DNA of 64,000 nucleotides from an uncultured Eggerthellaceae bacterium (GTDB lineage Bacteria > Actinomycetota > Coriobacteriia > Coriobacteriales > Eggerthellaceae): contig CAJURO010000003.1 in assembly GCA_910588985.1 (NCBI GenBank), positions 10,169 to 74,168 of the forward strand. Reading direction: 5' to 3'. Of the stretch, positions 46,293 through 57,052 are shown one piece after another (position 1 is the first letter of the stretch; every line of letters starts with the position of its first letter). The notes beneath the pieces were generated by a model. The model saw nothing but the letters and a program-made list of their open reading frames with translations. It was not told where the DNA came from and made no database searches. The translations under genes and the position numbers were made by a program.

Positions 46293-47120
46293 ATGGCAGA
46301 AAACGCATTCCTTGAGCATATCGATGAATCAGCACGTGCGCTTGATAAGCTCATCGAGCATCGAGCTCCAAAGGTGGGAATCATCCTTGGCTCTGGCCTT
46401 GGAAGTGTCGCCGATGCATTGCAAGATGCGATCGTTGTTCCTTTTTCGCTCGTACCTCATATGGGCATCTCCACCGCGGAGGGTCATGTGGGCTGCTTTG
46501 TCGTTGGTCATCTTTGCAACACCGAGGTCATCTGCATGCGTGGTCGCTTGCATGGGTATGAGGGATATGCATCGATGGAGGTCGCATGGCCAGTCTGGAT
46601 AATGCATGCGCTTGGCGTTGAGGTGCTCATCGCCACGAACGCGGCGGGCGCGATCAACCCTGCGTTCAACGTTGGTGATTTCTGCGTTATCTCCGATCAC
46701 ATCAATTTCACAGGACGCAATCCCTTGCAGGGGAGAGAGCAGGATGCGCTTGCCACGCGCTTCCCCTCGATGTATGAAGCATATGACTCGGCATTGCGCG
46801 ATGCAGCGCTAAAAGCAGCATCGAGCCTTCATATTCCTGCTCATGAAGGCGTCTACATTGGTGTGCTTGGGCCAAGCCTTGAGACACCTGCCGAGATCGC
46901 TGCTTTCGGGAGATGGGGGGCAGATGTTGTTGCGATGTCGCTTGTCGAAGAGGTCATCGCGGCGCGGCACGTTGGCATGCGTGTCCTAGGCATCTCGCTT
47001 TGCTCTAATATGGCATGCGGAGTTGGCGAAGATTTCTCGGGAGAGAATGTTATAGAGGTTGCCTCATCGCGCGCTGACGATCTTTTGAAGCTCATTTGTG
47101 CGGTTCTTGCTTGCTTGTAA
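46293..47120 (+). CDS. punA: Purine nucleoside phosphorylase (PunA type)
   Basis: ILGSGLG, GRLHGYEGY, ATNAAGAINP and GPSLETPAE blocks. Confidence 0.88.
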   Translation: MAENAFLEHIDESARALDKLIEHRAPKVGIILGSGLGSVADALQDAIVVPFSLVPHMGISTAEGHVGCFVVGHLCNTEVICMRGRLHGYEGYASMEVAWPVWIMHALGVEVLIATNAAGAINPAFNVGDFCVISDHINFTGRNPLQGREQDALATRFPSMYEAYDSALRDAALKAASSLHIPAHEGVYIGVLGPSLETPAEIAAFGRWGADVVAMSLVEEVIAARHVGMRVLGISLCSNMACGVGEDFSGENVIEVASSRADDLLKLICAVLACL

Positions 47121-47176
47121 GGCTGCATTGCATTCAAAAGGAGTATACTTCGCTTCACAAAAGTTCATACTTCAAA

Positions 47177-47429
47177 TGCGTTGACGAGGAAAAGTAAGGA
47201 CGAACCCGTCTTCAAGAGAGCCGTACGGTTGGTGGAAGTCGGTGGCGGGCGGCCTGAAAGGCACCTCTGAGCAGTTTGGCATGAACGTGAAGCTCGAATG
47301 GCTGACTTACCGTCGGGTCGATCTTCACCAGTAGAGCTGAACCGGCGGCACCGTTACCTGTTAGAGAGCGTGTCTCTCGTTTCCGATGTCCTGGCTTTAG
47401 CTCATGTTGACCGGGGCTTTTCTCTTTTT
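47177..47429 (+). promoter_or_regulatory. T-box-like leader RNA with terminator hairpin upstream of ilvD
   Basis: Manual fold. K-turn-like base: TGCGTTGACGAGG pairs with CCTCTGAGCA. AGTA at 47193..47196. AG bulge AGAGAG at 47215..47220. Distal loop GGTTGGTGGAA at 47227..47237. Stem II GTGAAG/CTTCAC (47287/47323) with GAA/AGTAGA flanks. F-box CCGTTA at 47351..47356. Stem III GAGAG/CTCTC. Then GTCCTGG...CCGGGGC followed by TTTTCTCTTTTT. The canonical T-box motif itself is poorly conserved (only UGG recognisable). Confidence 0.55.
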
Positions 47430-47439
47430 AGGAGGAAAA

Positions 47440-49113
47440 ATGGGAATGAGAAGCGACCAGATAACGCGTGGTATTGCACGGGCACCACATCGAAGCCTCC
47501 TCAAGGCGTGCGGCGTCACTAACGAAGAGATGGATCGCCCCTTCATCGCGGTCATCAACTCGAAGAATGACATCATCCCAGGACACACGAATCTTGATAA
47601 GATCGCCGATGCGGTCAAAGCTGGCATCTACCTAGCAGGAGGCGTGCCGTTCGAGATCTCTACGATCGGGGTCTGCGATGGCATTGCTATGAATCACGAA
47701 GGCATGCACTATTCGCTCGTCTCGCGTGAGGTGATCGCTGACTCCGTGGAATGCGCCGTGCAAGGACACGCTTTCGATGGCATCGTATGCATCCCGAACT
47801 GCGACAAGATCGTTCCTGGTATGATCCTCGGCGCTCTTCGCGTGAACATCCCAACGGTATTCATCTCAGGAGGTCCGATGCTCGCAGGGCATGAGCGCGG
47901 TGGATGCGGGCCCACGACGGACTTGAATACTCTCTTCGATGGCGCGGCGCGCGTCCAAGCTGGCACGATGTCTGAGGATGAGTTGAGCTTCTATGAGGAT
48001 ACTGCCTGCCCTACCTGTGGGAGCTGCTCAGGGCTTTTCACGGCGAATTCCATGAATTGCCTCTGTGAGGCGCTTGGCATCGCGCTCCCAGGCAATGGGA
48101 CGATCCCTGCGGTGTATTCCGAGCGCATTCGCCTTGCTAAGCATGCTGGGATGAAGATCATGGAGCTCGTTGAGAAGAACATCACGATTCGCGACATCAT
48201 AAGCGCTGCCGCCATCCATAATGCGATGGAATGTGATATGGCTTTTGGCGGTTCGACGAACACTGTCTTGCATTTGACCGCCATCGCGAAAGCTGCGGGA
48301 CATCCCATCAGCATGGATGATTGGGAAGCCGCTTCTAAGCGTACTCCGCATCTCGTCAAGCTCCAACCCTCAGGCCCTCGCCCTCTCAGCGATCTCTATG
48401 AGGTAGGAGGTGTGCCTGTTGTCATGCATGAGCTTTCTGAGCTTGGCCTTTTGGATATGGATGCCCTTACATGCGTGGGGTCGTTCAAGACGTATCTTGA
48501 GGAGTATTCGCATGAAGCTGATGGTGAGGTATGCCGCCGCCATGATACGCCCTTCAGCGAGAGCGGCGCCTTGCGCGTGCTCCACGGCAATCTGGCACCT
48601 GCGGGTTCGGTGGTGAAGAAGTCGGCCGTCGATCCTTCGATGATGTGCCACACCGGGCCGGCGCGTGTGTTCGAGAGCGAAGAAGAGGCCTGTGATGCTA
48701 TCAATTCAGGCGCCATTCATCCTGGTGATGTCATCGTGATCCGCTACGAAGGGCCAAAGGGTGGTCCTGGCATGCGCGAAATGCTGACGCCTACTTCATC
48801 GATCGTGGGCATGGGGCTCTCAAAGAGCGTTGCCCTTATCACCGATGGTCGTTTCTCCGGGGCCACAAAAGGACCTGCAGTGGGTCATGTGAGCCCAGAG
48901 GCAGCAGCTGGTGGGCCTATTGCGCTTATCCATGAGGGTGATTCGATTACCGTCGATATCACCAATGGCGCGCTCACGCTCAACATCCCTGATGAGGAAT
49001 TCGCTGACCGAGCTCGAACATGGACACCGCCAGCGCAGAAGCACGATCATGGCGTTCTCGCAAAATATGCACGCCTTGTCTCTTCTGCAGACGAAGGAGC
49101 GTATGTATCATGA
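47440..49113 (+). CDS. ilvD: Dihydroxy-acid dehydratase
   Basis: RAPHRSLLKA, IPNCDKIVPGM and TDGRFSGAT blocks. Start trimmed to the ATG 5 nt after AGGAGG. Confidence 0.95.
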   Translation: MGMRSDQITRGIARAPHRSLLKACGVTNEEMDRPFIAVINSKNDIIPGHTNLDKIADAVKAGIYLAGGVPFEISTIGVCDGIAMNHEGMHYSLVSREVIADSVECAVQGHAFDGIVCIPNCDKIVPGMILGALRVNIPTVFISGGPMLAGHERGGCGPTTDLNTLFDGAARVQAGTMSEDELSFYEDTACPTCGSCSGLFTANSMNCLCEALGIALPGNGTIPAVYSERIRLAKHAGMKIMELVEKNITIRDIISAAAIHNAMECDMAFGGSTNTVLHLTAIAKAAGHPISMDDWEAASKRTPHLVKLQPSGPRPLSDLYEVGGVPVVMHELSELGLLDMDALTCVGSFKTYLEEYSHEADGEVCRRHDTPFSESGALRVLHGNLAPAGSVVKKSAVDPSMMCHTGPARVFESEEEACDAINSGAIHPGDVIVIRYEGPKGGPGMREMLTPTSSIVGMGLSKSVALITDGRFSGATKGPAVGHVSPEAAAGGPIALIHEGDSITVDITNGALTLNIPDEEFADRARTWTPPAQKHDHGVLAKYARLVSSADEGAYVS

Positions 49114-51074
49114 CAGAAAAAGAGGAGATGCGTTCCATTTCGGAGAAAAGGAGCGCAGCAAGTGTTGGAGCGCCTCGTGGCGCAGGCTCCAAAACCGCAA
49201 AGCAGGGATGCCGCATGCTTGGTGCCGAAGCCGTCATCGCCTCGCTTGAGGCTGAAGGCGTGGATATGATCTTTGGCTATCCTGGAGGGCAAGCGATCAA
49301 GCTCTATGATGCGCTTTACGATTCAGAGCAGATCACGCATATCCTTGCACGCCATGAGCAAGGCGCTGTGCATATGGCAGATGGGTATGCGCGCGCAACG
49401 GGGAAGCCTGGTGTGGTCTTAGTCACTTCAGGTCCTGGCGCAACGAATACGGTCACGGGCATCGCGACAGCATACATGGACTCGATTCCTCTCGTTGTCA
49501 TCACAGGGCAGGTTCCCCGCGCTGTTATCGGCACTGACTCCTTCCAGGAATCCGACATCGTTGGCATCACGATGCCCGTTGTTAAGCATTCCTTTCTTCT
49601 TCAATCGACCGATGAGCTTACGACGACGTTTCGCGAAGCATTCCACATCGCCTCAACAGGGCGTCCAGGCCCTGTCCTCATTGATGTGCCCTCTGATATC
49701 TCTGGCTCAGAGATGGTGTTCGAATATCCCGACGAAGTGAACATCGCATCCTACAAGCCGACGTACAAGGGCAATGCGAAGCAGATCAGAGCAGCCTGCA
49801 AGCTCATCGAGCGCGCTTCACGCCCGCTCCTCTATGTTGGTGGGGGAGTCATCTCATCAGATGCGAGCGAAGAGGTTATCGAGCTCATGCACTTGATGCA
49901 GATCCCGAGCGTTGTGACGCTTATGGGAAAAGGTGCCATCCCCGCTTCAGATCCGCTTGACCTCGGCCCTGTAGGCATGCATGGAGCGAAGTATTCGAAC
50001 CTTGCGATGACCGAGTCAGATCTGATCATTGCCTGTGGTGCTCGATTCTCTGATCGCGTCACAGGCAAGCTCTCCGAGTTCGCCCCTCATGCCGATGTGA
50101 TCCACATCGACATCGACCCAGCCGAGATCGGCAAGGTCCGTGAGGCGCAAGTTCCCATTGTCGGGGACGTGAAAGGAGTGCTTCGTGGCCTTATCGACCA
50201 GCTCAAGAAGGATAAGGCAGCTCCTCTTACTCACGACTGGATTGCCCAGATCGACGCATGGCGCAAGCGATATCCCATCTATCATCCAAACGTAGGGGAT
50301 AGCGATGCAGAGATCATTCCAGAGCTCTTGCTCAAAGAGCTCTCCTCCTTGATCGACCCAGAGCGCTCCATCGTCGTTACCGAAGTTGGCCAACACCAAA
50401 TGTGGGCGCATCAGTTCATAGAGCGCGAGCATCCGCGCACCTTCCTCTCAAGCGGCGGCCTTGGTACGATGGGATTCGGGTTCCCAGCTGCCGTCGGAGC
50501 GGCCCTTGCGCTTCCTGACAAGCAGGTCATCTGCATCGCAGGCGATGGCTCCTTCCAAATGAACACCCAAGAGATGGCGACTGCCGCCATCAATGGGGCG
50601 AACGTCAAGGTTCTCATCTTGGACAATCGTGCGCTTGGCATGGTCCATCAATGGCAGAAGCTCTTCTATCATGAACGCTATTCTCAGACATTGCTTGAAC
50701 CAGTTCCTGATTTCGTGAAGCTTGCTGATGCCTACGGATGGCACGCTCAACGCATCACACGTCCCGCTGAGGTGACGAAGGCTCTCAACGAGATGCTTGC
50801 ATCTGATGGTCCATATCTTCTCGATGTCGCTATTTCGCCTGAGCAGAACGTCTACCCTATGGTCGCTCCCGGGGCTGCATTGGATAACATCATGGGGGCT
50901 ATCGATGTTGCAGTTGGTGCAGTGCGTACTGACATGCCGACAGGAGAGCCTGCTCTTCCTCAGCGCTCACCTTGTGCAAAGGTGGATGCGCAGTTTGGCG
51001 GTCGGTGGGAGTCCGACCCCGATGACAAAGGTCTTCATGATGGAGAAGAGCTTTCCGACAAGGAGGTGAGATGA
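49110..51074 (+). CDS. ilvB: Acetolactate synthase large subunit
   Basis: ThDP-binding block GGLGTMGFGFPAA...GDGSFQMN. The start overlaps the ilvD stop (ATGA). An alternative start at 49215 (MLGAEAV) would remove a 35-aa N-terminal extension. Confidence 0.9.
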   Translation: MTEKEEMRSISEKRSAASVGAPRGAGSKTAKQGCRMLGAEAVIASLEAEGVDMIFGYPGGQAIKLYDALYDSEQITHILARHEQGAVHMADGYARATGKPGVVLVTSGPGATNTVTGIATAYMDSIPLVVITGQVPRAVIGTDSFQESDIVGITMPVVKHSFLLQSTDELTTTFREAFHIASTGRPGPVLIDVPSDISGSEMVFEYPDEVNIASYKPTYKGNAKQIRAACKLIERASRPLLYVGGGVISSDASEEVIELMHLMQIPSVVTLMGKGAIPASDPLDLGPVGMHGAKYSNLAMTESDLIIACGARFSDRVTGKLSEFAPHADVIHIDIDPAEIGKVREAQVPIVGDVKGVLRGLIDQLKKDKAAPLTHDWIAQIDAWRKRYPIYHPNVGDSDAEIIPELLLKELSSLIDPERSIVVTEVGQHQMWAHQFIEREHPRTFLSSGGLGTMGFGFPAAVGAALALPDKQVICIAGDGSFQMNTQEMATAAINGANVKVLILDNRALGMVHQWQKLFYHERYSQTLLEPVPDFVKLADAYGWHAQRITRPAEVTKALNEMLASDGPYLLDVAISPEQNVYPMVAPGAALDNIMGAIDVAVGAVRTDMPTGEPALPQRSPCAKVDAQFGGRWESDPDDKGLHDGEELSDKEVR

Positions 51075-51556
51075 TGAAGCATGTCCTTTCTGTGCTTGTT
51101 GAGAATCAACCAGGTGTGCTTTCACGTGTCACAGGGCTTATCTCAAGACGCGGATTCAACATCGAATCGCTTTCCGTCGGACCAACTGACGATGCGACGA
51201 TGTCTCGTCTTACTGCGATCGTGAACGCTGATGACATTGCCTATGAGCAGATCACAAAGCAGCTTCATAAGCTGATCAGCGTGCATAAGATCACAGACCT
51301 CACTGATGAAGGGGCGATCGAGCGAGAGTTGGTCCTCTATAAGATCAATGCGCAACCAGAACGGCGTGGCGAGATCATAGAGATCGCCAACATCTTTCGC
51401 GCGAAGATCGTAGATGTTGGCAGATCGTCGCTCACGATTGAAGCTACCGGTGATGGTGAGAAGCTCAAAGGACTTGAAGACCTATTTCGCGCGTACGGCA
51501 TTAAGGAGGTAGTGCGGACTGGTAAAATCGCAATGAGCAGAAATTCCAAAGAATAA
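51071..51556 (+). CDS. ilvN: Acetolactate synthase small (regulatory) subunit
   Basis: ACT domain start HVLSVLVENQPGVLSRVTGL. 161 aa. The start overlaps the ilvB stop. Confidence 0.93.
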   Translation: MMKHVLSVLVENQPGVLSRVTGLISRRGFNIESLSVGPTDDATMSRLTAIVNADDIAYEQITKQLHKLISVHKITDLTDEGAIERELVLYKINAQPERRGEIIEIANIFRAKIVDVGRSSLTIEATGDGEKLKGLEDLFRAYGIKEVVRTGKIAMSRNSKE

Positions 51557-51591
51557 TCAGCTGATAAGAGAAAAGGAAAGGATCTATCCAC

Positions 51592-52584
51592 ATGGCTGTT
51601 ACGATCTATTATGAAGAGGACTGCAATCCAGAGATCATCAAGAACAAGAAGATCGCAGTTATCGGTTATGGAAGCCAAGGGCATGCCCATGCGCTCAACC
51701 TCAAGGATTCTGGATGCGATGTTCGCGTGGGATTGCGGCCTGGCTCGAAATCAGCTGATCTAGCACGTGAAGCCGGACTCAAGGTCATGGACATTCCTGC
51801 AGCTGCTGAAGAAGCTGACCTCATCATGATGCTCGTTCCTGATGAGTTGCAGCCAAGCGTTTACGAAGATTCGATCGCGCCGCATCTGAAACCAGGCGAC
51901 ACGCTCGCCTTCGCGCATGGATTCAACATTCATTATGGCTATATCACGCCTCCCGATGACGTGAATGTCATCATGTGTGCTCCCAAAGGCCCTGGTCACA
52001 TCGTTCGTCGTCAGTACACAGAAGGCTCTGGCGTGCCCGATCTTATCTGCGTGCAACAAGATGCAACGGGAGATGCGTGGGATATCGCGCTTTCGTACGC
52101 ATGGGGTGTTGGCGGCGCACGCAGCGGCATCATCAAGGCGACCTTCAAAGAAGAGACCGAAGAGGACCTCTTCGGTGAGCAGGCTGTTCTGTGCGGCGGC
52201 CTCGTCGAGCTTGTCAAGGCTGGTTTTGAAACGCTTGTCGAGGCAGGCTATCCGCCTGAGCTTGCCTATTTCGAGTGCTATCACGAGATGAAGATGATCG
52301 TTGACCTCATGTATGAATCAGGCATCCACTTCATGAACTATTCGATCTCGAACACTGCTGAGTACGGCGAGTACTATGCAGGGCCAAAGGTCATCAACGA
52401 GCAAAGCCGTGAGGCTATGCGTGAGATTCTTGCCCGCATCCAAGATGGGTCTTTCGCGCGCGAATTCATGGAGGATTGCGACAACGATCATGCTCGGCTC
52501 TTGGCCAGCCGCGAGGCCATCAACGATCATGAGATCGAGAAGACAGGCGAGAAGATCCGTTCGATGTTCACCTGGACGAACTAG
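51592..52584 (+). CDS. ilvC: Ketol-acid reductoisomerase (class I)
   Basis: [17 protein letters not shown] motif. 330 aa. Confidence 0.95.
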   Translation: MAVTIYYEEDCNPEIIKNKKIAVIGYGSQGHAHALNLKDSGCDVRVGLRPGSKSADLAREAGLKVMDIPAAAEEADLIMMLVPDELQPSVYEDSIAPHLKPGDTLAFAHGFNIHYGYITPPDDVNVIMCAPKGPGHIVRRQYTEGSGVPDLICVQQDATGDAWDIALSYAWGVGGARSGIIKATFKEETEEDLFGEQAVLCGGLVELVKAGFETLVEAGYPPELAYFECYHEMKMIVDLMYESGIHFMNYSISNTAEYGEYYAGPKVINEQSREAMREILARIQDGSFAREFMEDCDNDHARLLASREAINDHEIEKTGEKIRSMFTWTN

Positions 52585-52639
52585 CGTTTTCGCCATATTG
52601 TCATATCGTTTGCATAGGATTTGGAGATAAAGGAGAGGT

Positions 52640-53722
52640 ATGTCACGCGTTTATAATTTTTCCGCAGGTCCAGCTGTACTTCCAGAGAAGGTTCTGCTTG
52701 AAGCACAAGCTGGGATGCTTGATTACAACGGAACAGGCATGTCGGTCATGGAGATGTCGCACCGCTCGGCTCCCTTCGCCCAGATCATCGAAACGGCGGA
52801 AGCTGATATTCGTGATCTCATGTCCATTCCTGATAACTACCATGTGCTCTTCTTGCAAGGAGGGGCTACGCAGCAATTTGCGGCTATTCCGATGAACCTC
52901 ATGCAGAACAAAGTGGCTGATTACATCGTTTCTGGATCTTGGTCAAAGAAGGCGTTTAAAGAGGCGAAGCTCTATGGTGATGCGCGTTTGGCTGCATCAT
53001 CCGAAGAAGAGAACTTCTCTACCGTTCCGAATGTTGATAGCATCACGTTCTCCAAAGATGCTGACTATGTCTACATCTGCCAAAATGAGACCATCTACGG
53101 CACTCGCTATACGAAGCTTCCCGAGACTGGGAATATCCCGCTTGTCTCCGATGTCTCCTCGATGTTCCTCTCCGAGCCTATGGATGTTTCGAAATATGGC
53201 CTGATCTATGGAGGCGTTCAGAAGAACATAGGTCCTGCGGGTGTTGTGATCGTCATCGTTCGCGAAGACCTCGTTCGCGAAGATGTTCTTCCAACCACAC
53301 CAACGATCATGCGCTATTTGACACAGGTCGATGCGAAGAGCCTTTCCAACACACCGCCATGCTGGGGCATCTATATATGCGGTCTCGTATTCAAATGGCT
53401 GAAAGAGCTCGGTGGCCTTTCGGCGATGAAAGAGATCAATGAGAAGAAAGCGGCGCTCCTCTATGATTTCCTTGATTCCTCGAAGCTTTTCAAGGGAACC
53501 GCCGATCGTCAGTACCGCTCGCTTATGAATGTTCCTTTTGTTACAGGCGATGCAGAGCTTGATGCGAAGTTCATTTCTGAGGCGAAGAATCACAAGATCG
53601 AGTCCATCAAGGGGCACAGAAGCGTAGGCGGCATGCGTGCAAGCATCTACAATGCAATGCCTCTTGAAGGCGTCGAAGCGCTTGTAGCATTCATGCATCA
53701 ATTTGAAAAAGAGAACGCATAG
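52640..53722 (+). CDS. serC: Phosphoserine aminotransferase
   Basis: YNFSAGPAVLP start, class V aminotransferase blocks, and GGMRASIYNAMP near the C-terminus. Confidence 0.93.
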   Translation: MSRVYNFSAGPAVLPEKVLLEAQAGMLDYNGTGMSVMEMSHRSAPFAQIIETAEADIRDLMSIPDNYHVLFLQGGATQQFAAIPMNLMQNKVADYIVSGSWSKKAFKEAKLYGDARLAASSEEENFSTVPNVDSITFSKDADYVYICQNETIYGTRYTKLPETGNIPLVSDVSSMFLSEPMDVSKYGLIYGGVQKNIGPAGVVIVIVREDLVREDVLPTTPTIMRYLTQVDAKSLSNTPPCWGIYICGLVFKWLKELGGLSAMKEINEKKAALLYDFLDSSKLFKGTADRQYRSLMNVPFVTGDAELDAKFISEAKNHKIESIKGHRSVGGMRASIYNAMPLEGVEALVAFMHQFEKENA

Positions 53723-53778
53723 GAGAGCATCAGGCCTGTTTTGATGAAGAGGCAGGTCATCTATATCAAGGGGGTAAG

Positions 53779-55359
53779 ATGAGTAAGAAGGTCCTTATCG
53801 CAGAGGAGATCGCCGAAGAGGGTATCGATTCTTTGCGATCTCGTGGTTACGAGGTCGATGTGATGCTCGACCTTACCCCTGAACAGCTCCGAAGCATCAT
53901 TGCGCCTTATTCCGCACTCATCGTGCGCTCGTCGACGATCGTCGACGAGGTGCTTCTTGATGCAGCCTCGCAACTCAAGATCGTGGGGCGCGCCGGCGTT
54001 ACGCTTGACAACATTGACATACAAGCAGCTAATGACCGCGGCATCATCGTATGCAATGCCCCAACGTCCAATATCATCTCAGCAGCAGAGCACACCATGG
54101 CGCTTCTGCTTGCCTGTGCGCGATTCGTCCCACAGGCTAACGCATCGATGCATGCGGGAAAGTGGGATCGACGTGCTTTCACTGGTGCAGAGTTGTATGG
54201 CAAGACGCTTGCCATCTTCGGCCTTGGTCGTGTTGGCTCGCTTGTTGCTGAGCGTGCTGTCGCGTTCGGTATGGAAGTGATCGCCTATGATCCATATTGC
54301 TCTCCTGAGCGTGCATCGCAGCTTGATGTGACCATCTTCGATAACATCGATGATGTTATCGAGCGTGCAGATTTCATCACCGTTCACCTCCCGCGTACAT
54401 CAGACACGCTTGGGATGTTCGGTCCTCGCGAGTTCGCCAAGATGAAGAATGGCGTCGTGCTCGTGAATGCTGCCCGAGGGGGTATCTTCGATGAGGCCTC
54501 GCTTGCTGACTTTGTTGCGGCGGGCAAGGTCGCATCATGCGGCATTGACATCTTCTCAACCGAACCCTCGACGGCAGGTCCTTTGCATGAGCTTGAGAAC
54601 GCTATTCTCACGCCGCATATCAGCGCTCTTACCCATGAGGCTCAAGTACGTGCAGGCGAGCAAATTGCGGAATATGTTTGGGCGGGCCTCGAAGGCTCCA
54701 TCGTTCCAACCGCAGTGAATTCTTCTTCGTTGCCGCCTGAAGTTCTTGACGAGGTGCGCCCTTATGCTCCTGCATGCAAGATGATGGGGCGCATGGCAGC
54801 TGATATCCTTTCTGCCATCCCCCGCAAGCTCAAGATCTCGCTCGAAGGCAAGCTCTCTGATTCAAGCCCAGATGTGCTCATCGCAAGTGTGATAGATGGC
54901 ATCCTCTCCTATAAGGAGATCGGTACGATCTCGATGGCAAACGCTCTTGAGATGGCGGCTCGTCATGGCATAGAGATTGATGCAAGCTCTACTGATGATG
55001 CCGGTGAATATGCCAGCGTCGTGCGCATCAAAGCTGATGACATCGAGATCGCCTCGACCATGTATGGCAAAGACCAAACTGCACGCATCGTCTCCATACT
55101 TGGCTATAAGATCGACATCTCCCCTGCAAAGCAGTCCCTCATCTTCGAGTACGCCGACGGTCCGGGTCGCATCGGTGTCATCGGCACGATCCTGGGGGAA
55201 GAGGGGATCAACATCACGACGATGCAGATCGGCACTAAGCCAGAAGAGAGAAACGCGCTTGTGTATCTCAACATTGATGGATGCGTGACAGAGAAGGTCT
55301 TAGAACGACTTAAAGAGAGCGTTGCTGACCTTAAAAGCTTGATGTATATCAAGCTTTGA
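53779..55359 (+). CDS. serA: D-3-phosphoglycerate dehydrogenase (long form with ASB and ACT domains)
   Basis: NAD motif GLGRVGS and catalytic blocks (NAARGG, TPHISA). The C-terminal ~200 aa ends in an ACT-like domain. Confidence 0.92.
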   Translation: MSKKVLIAEEIAEEGIDSLRSRGYEVDVMLDLTPEQLRSIIAPYSALIVRSSTIVDEVLLDAASQLKIVGRAGVTLDNIDIQAANDRGIIVCNAPTSNIISAAEHTMALLLACARFVPQANASMHAGKWDRRAFTGAELYGKTLAIFGLGRVGSLVAERAVAFGMEVIAYDPYCSPERASQLDVTIFDNIDDVIERADFITVHLPRTSDTLGMFGPREFAKMKNGVVLVNAARGGIFDEASLADFVAAGKVASCGIDIFSTEPSTAGPLHELENAILTPHISALTHEAQVRAGEQIAEYVWAGLEGSIVPTAVNSSSLPPEVLDEVRPYAPACKMMGRMAADILSAIPRKLKISLEGKLSDSSPDVLIASVIDGILSYKEIGTISMANALEMAARHGIEIDASSTDDAGEYASVVRIKADDIEIASTMYGKDQTARIVSILGYKIDISPAKQSLIFEYADGPGRIGVIGTILGEEGINITTMQIGTKPEERNALVYLNIDGCVTEKVLERLKESVADLKSLMYIKL

Positions 55360-55400
55360 TCGCATCATTCCTTAACACACAAAGAGACAGGAAAGGAACA

Positions 55401-56921
55401 ATGACACGCAAGATCGATATTTTCGACACAACGCTCCGTGATGGTGAGCAGTCTCCAGGTGCATCAATGAATACCGAGGAGAAGCTCGTGATCGCTCGTG
55501 AGCTCTTGCGTATGAATGTTGACATTATTGAAGCAGGCTTTCCCATTTCAAGCCCAGGGGACTTCGAAAGCGTTCGCAAGATCTCCGAGCTTGCTGGCTA
55601 TGATGCCGTCGTATGCGGGCTCACGCGCGCCATCGAACGCGATATCGTGGTGTGTGCTGATGCATTGAAGTTCGCGAAGCGCCCTCGTATCCATACAGGC
55701 ATCGGAGTCAGCAAAAGCCATATCTATGACAAGCTGCGCATTGATGAGGACACCTGCGTCGAACGAGCAGTCGCTGCGGTGGAGTGCGCAAAGCGCTATG
55801 TTGATGACGTTCAATTCTATGCCGAAGATGCAGGGAGAAGCGACTACGATTTCCTCGTACGAATTATCCAAGCTGTTGTGGACGCGGGTGCAAGCGTCGT
55901 CAACATCCCTGATACGACAGGATACTCTCTACCCGATGAGTTCGGTCGTCGCATCAACTACCTTATCCAACATGTACAAGGCATCGAGAACGTCACTGTC
56001 TCAGTGCATTGCCACAACGACCTTGGCATGGCTACTGCGCTCGCCCTCGCTGGTGTAGCCAATGGTGCGCGGCAAATCGAATGCACGATCAACGGGTTGG
56101 GAGAGCGCGCAGGCAATACCGCCATGGAAGAGGTTGTCATGGCTATCAAGATGCATCAACAGGAGCTTGATGCACATACCGACATCAACACAACGGAGTT
56201 CACCAAAGCTTCGCGTCTTGTTGCATCAACAACGGGCATGATGGTACAGGCCAACAAAGCGATCGTGGGTGCGAATGCATTTGCGCATTCTTCAGGCATT
56301 CATCAGGATGGAGTCCTGAAGAAACGCGATACGTACGAGATCATTGACCCTGCTGAGGTCGGCGCAGGCATGAGCCAGATCGTGCTTACCGCACGAAGCG
56401 GGCATGCCGCCTTGAAGCACCGTCTTGAGGAGCTCGGATATGATTTTGAACCTGAGAAGCTCGACCAGATATATGATGCGTTCCTGTCTCTTGCAGACAA
56501 GAAGAAGGAAGTCTATGACGAGGATCTTGAGAGCCTCGTGAACGAACGTGACCGACTGGTCGATGCGCTCTATTCCCTTGAGAGCGTGCAGGTAAGCTGT
56601 GGCTTTCCCTTGCGTCCAACCGCTACGGTCACCATTAACGTGCCAGGCGATGAGCTCGTCACTGTATGCGAATGGGGTACGGGGCCAATCGATGCTGTCT
56701 ATAAGGCCATCAACAAGATCATCAATGTTGAGAACGATCTTTCTGAGTTCAGCGTGCAGTCTGTTACGCGCGGCATCGATGCGCTCGGTGAGGTTACCGT
56801 GCGTGTCAAGGCAAAGAACGGAGAGATCTTCACGGGCCGTGGAGCAGACGGAGACATCATCGTATCCTCGACGAAGGCGTATCTGAACGCGTTGAATAGG
56901 CTTATCGCCGAAAAGAGATGA
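55401..56921 (+). CDS. leuA: 2-isopropylmalate synthase
   Basis: [25 protein letters not shown] and a C-terminal LeuA-dimer regulatory domain. Start trimmed to MTRKIDIF. Confidence 0.88.
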   Translation: MTRKIDIFDTTLRDGEQSPGASMNTEEKLVIARELLRMNVDIIEAGFPISSPGDFESVRKISELAGYDAVVCGLTRAIERDIVVCADALKFAKRPRIHTGIGVSKSHIYDKLRIDEDTCVERAVAAVECAKRYVDDVQFYAEDAGRSDYDFLVRIIQAVVDAGASVVNIPDTTGYSLPDEFGRRINYLIQHVQGIENVTVSVHCHNDLGMATALALAGVANGARQIECTINGLGERAGNTAMEEVVMAIKMHQQELDAHTDINTTEFTKASRLVASTTGMMVQANKAIVGANAFAHSSGIHQDGVLKKRDTYEIIDPAEVGAGMSQIVLTARSGHAALKHRLEELGYDFEPEKLDQIYDAFLSLADKKKEVYDEDLESLVNERDRLVDALYSLESVQVSCGFPLRPTATVTINVPGDELVTVCEWGTGPIDAVYKAINKIINVENDLSEFSVQSVTRGIDALGEVTVRVKAKNGEIFTGRGADGDIIVSSTKAYLNALNRLIAEKR

Positions 56922-57001
56922 GTCAAGAGAGCTCCTTGAAAACACGCTGTATATTGTGATAACATTCCATACGTGAAACACGACATACTTTCTAATTCAT
57001 G

Positions 57002-57031
57002 AAAGTGGGCTCCTTGCCCGCTTTCTTTTTT
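57002..57031 (+). terminator. Intrinsic terminator ending the ilv-ser-leu transcription unit
   Basis: Stem AAAGTGGGC/GCCCGCTTT (one G-U), 5-nt loop, then CTTTTTTG. Confidence 0.75.
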
Positions 57032-57052
57032 GTCAGAGAGTATGGGGGAGTG

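Noticed and set aside
47121-47176. Attempted sigma-70 promoter assignment upstream of the T-box-like leader (TTGCAT at 47128, TATACT at 47144).
   Set aside because: The spacing between the candidate hexamers is only about 10 nt, and no alternative pair with 16-19 nt spacing was convincing. No call was made.
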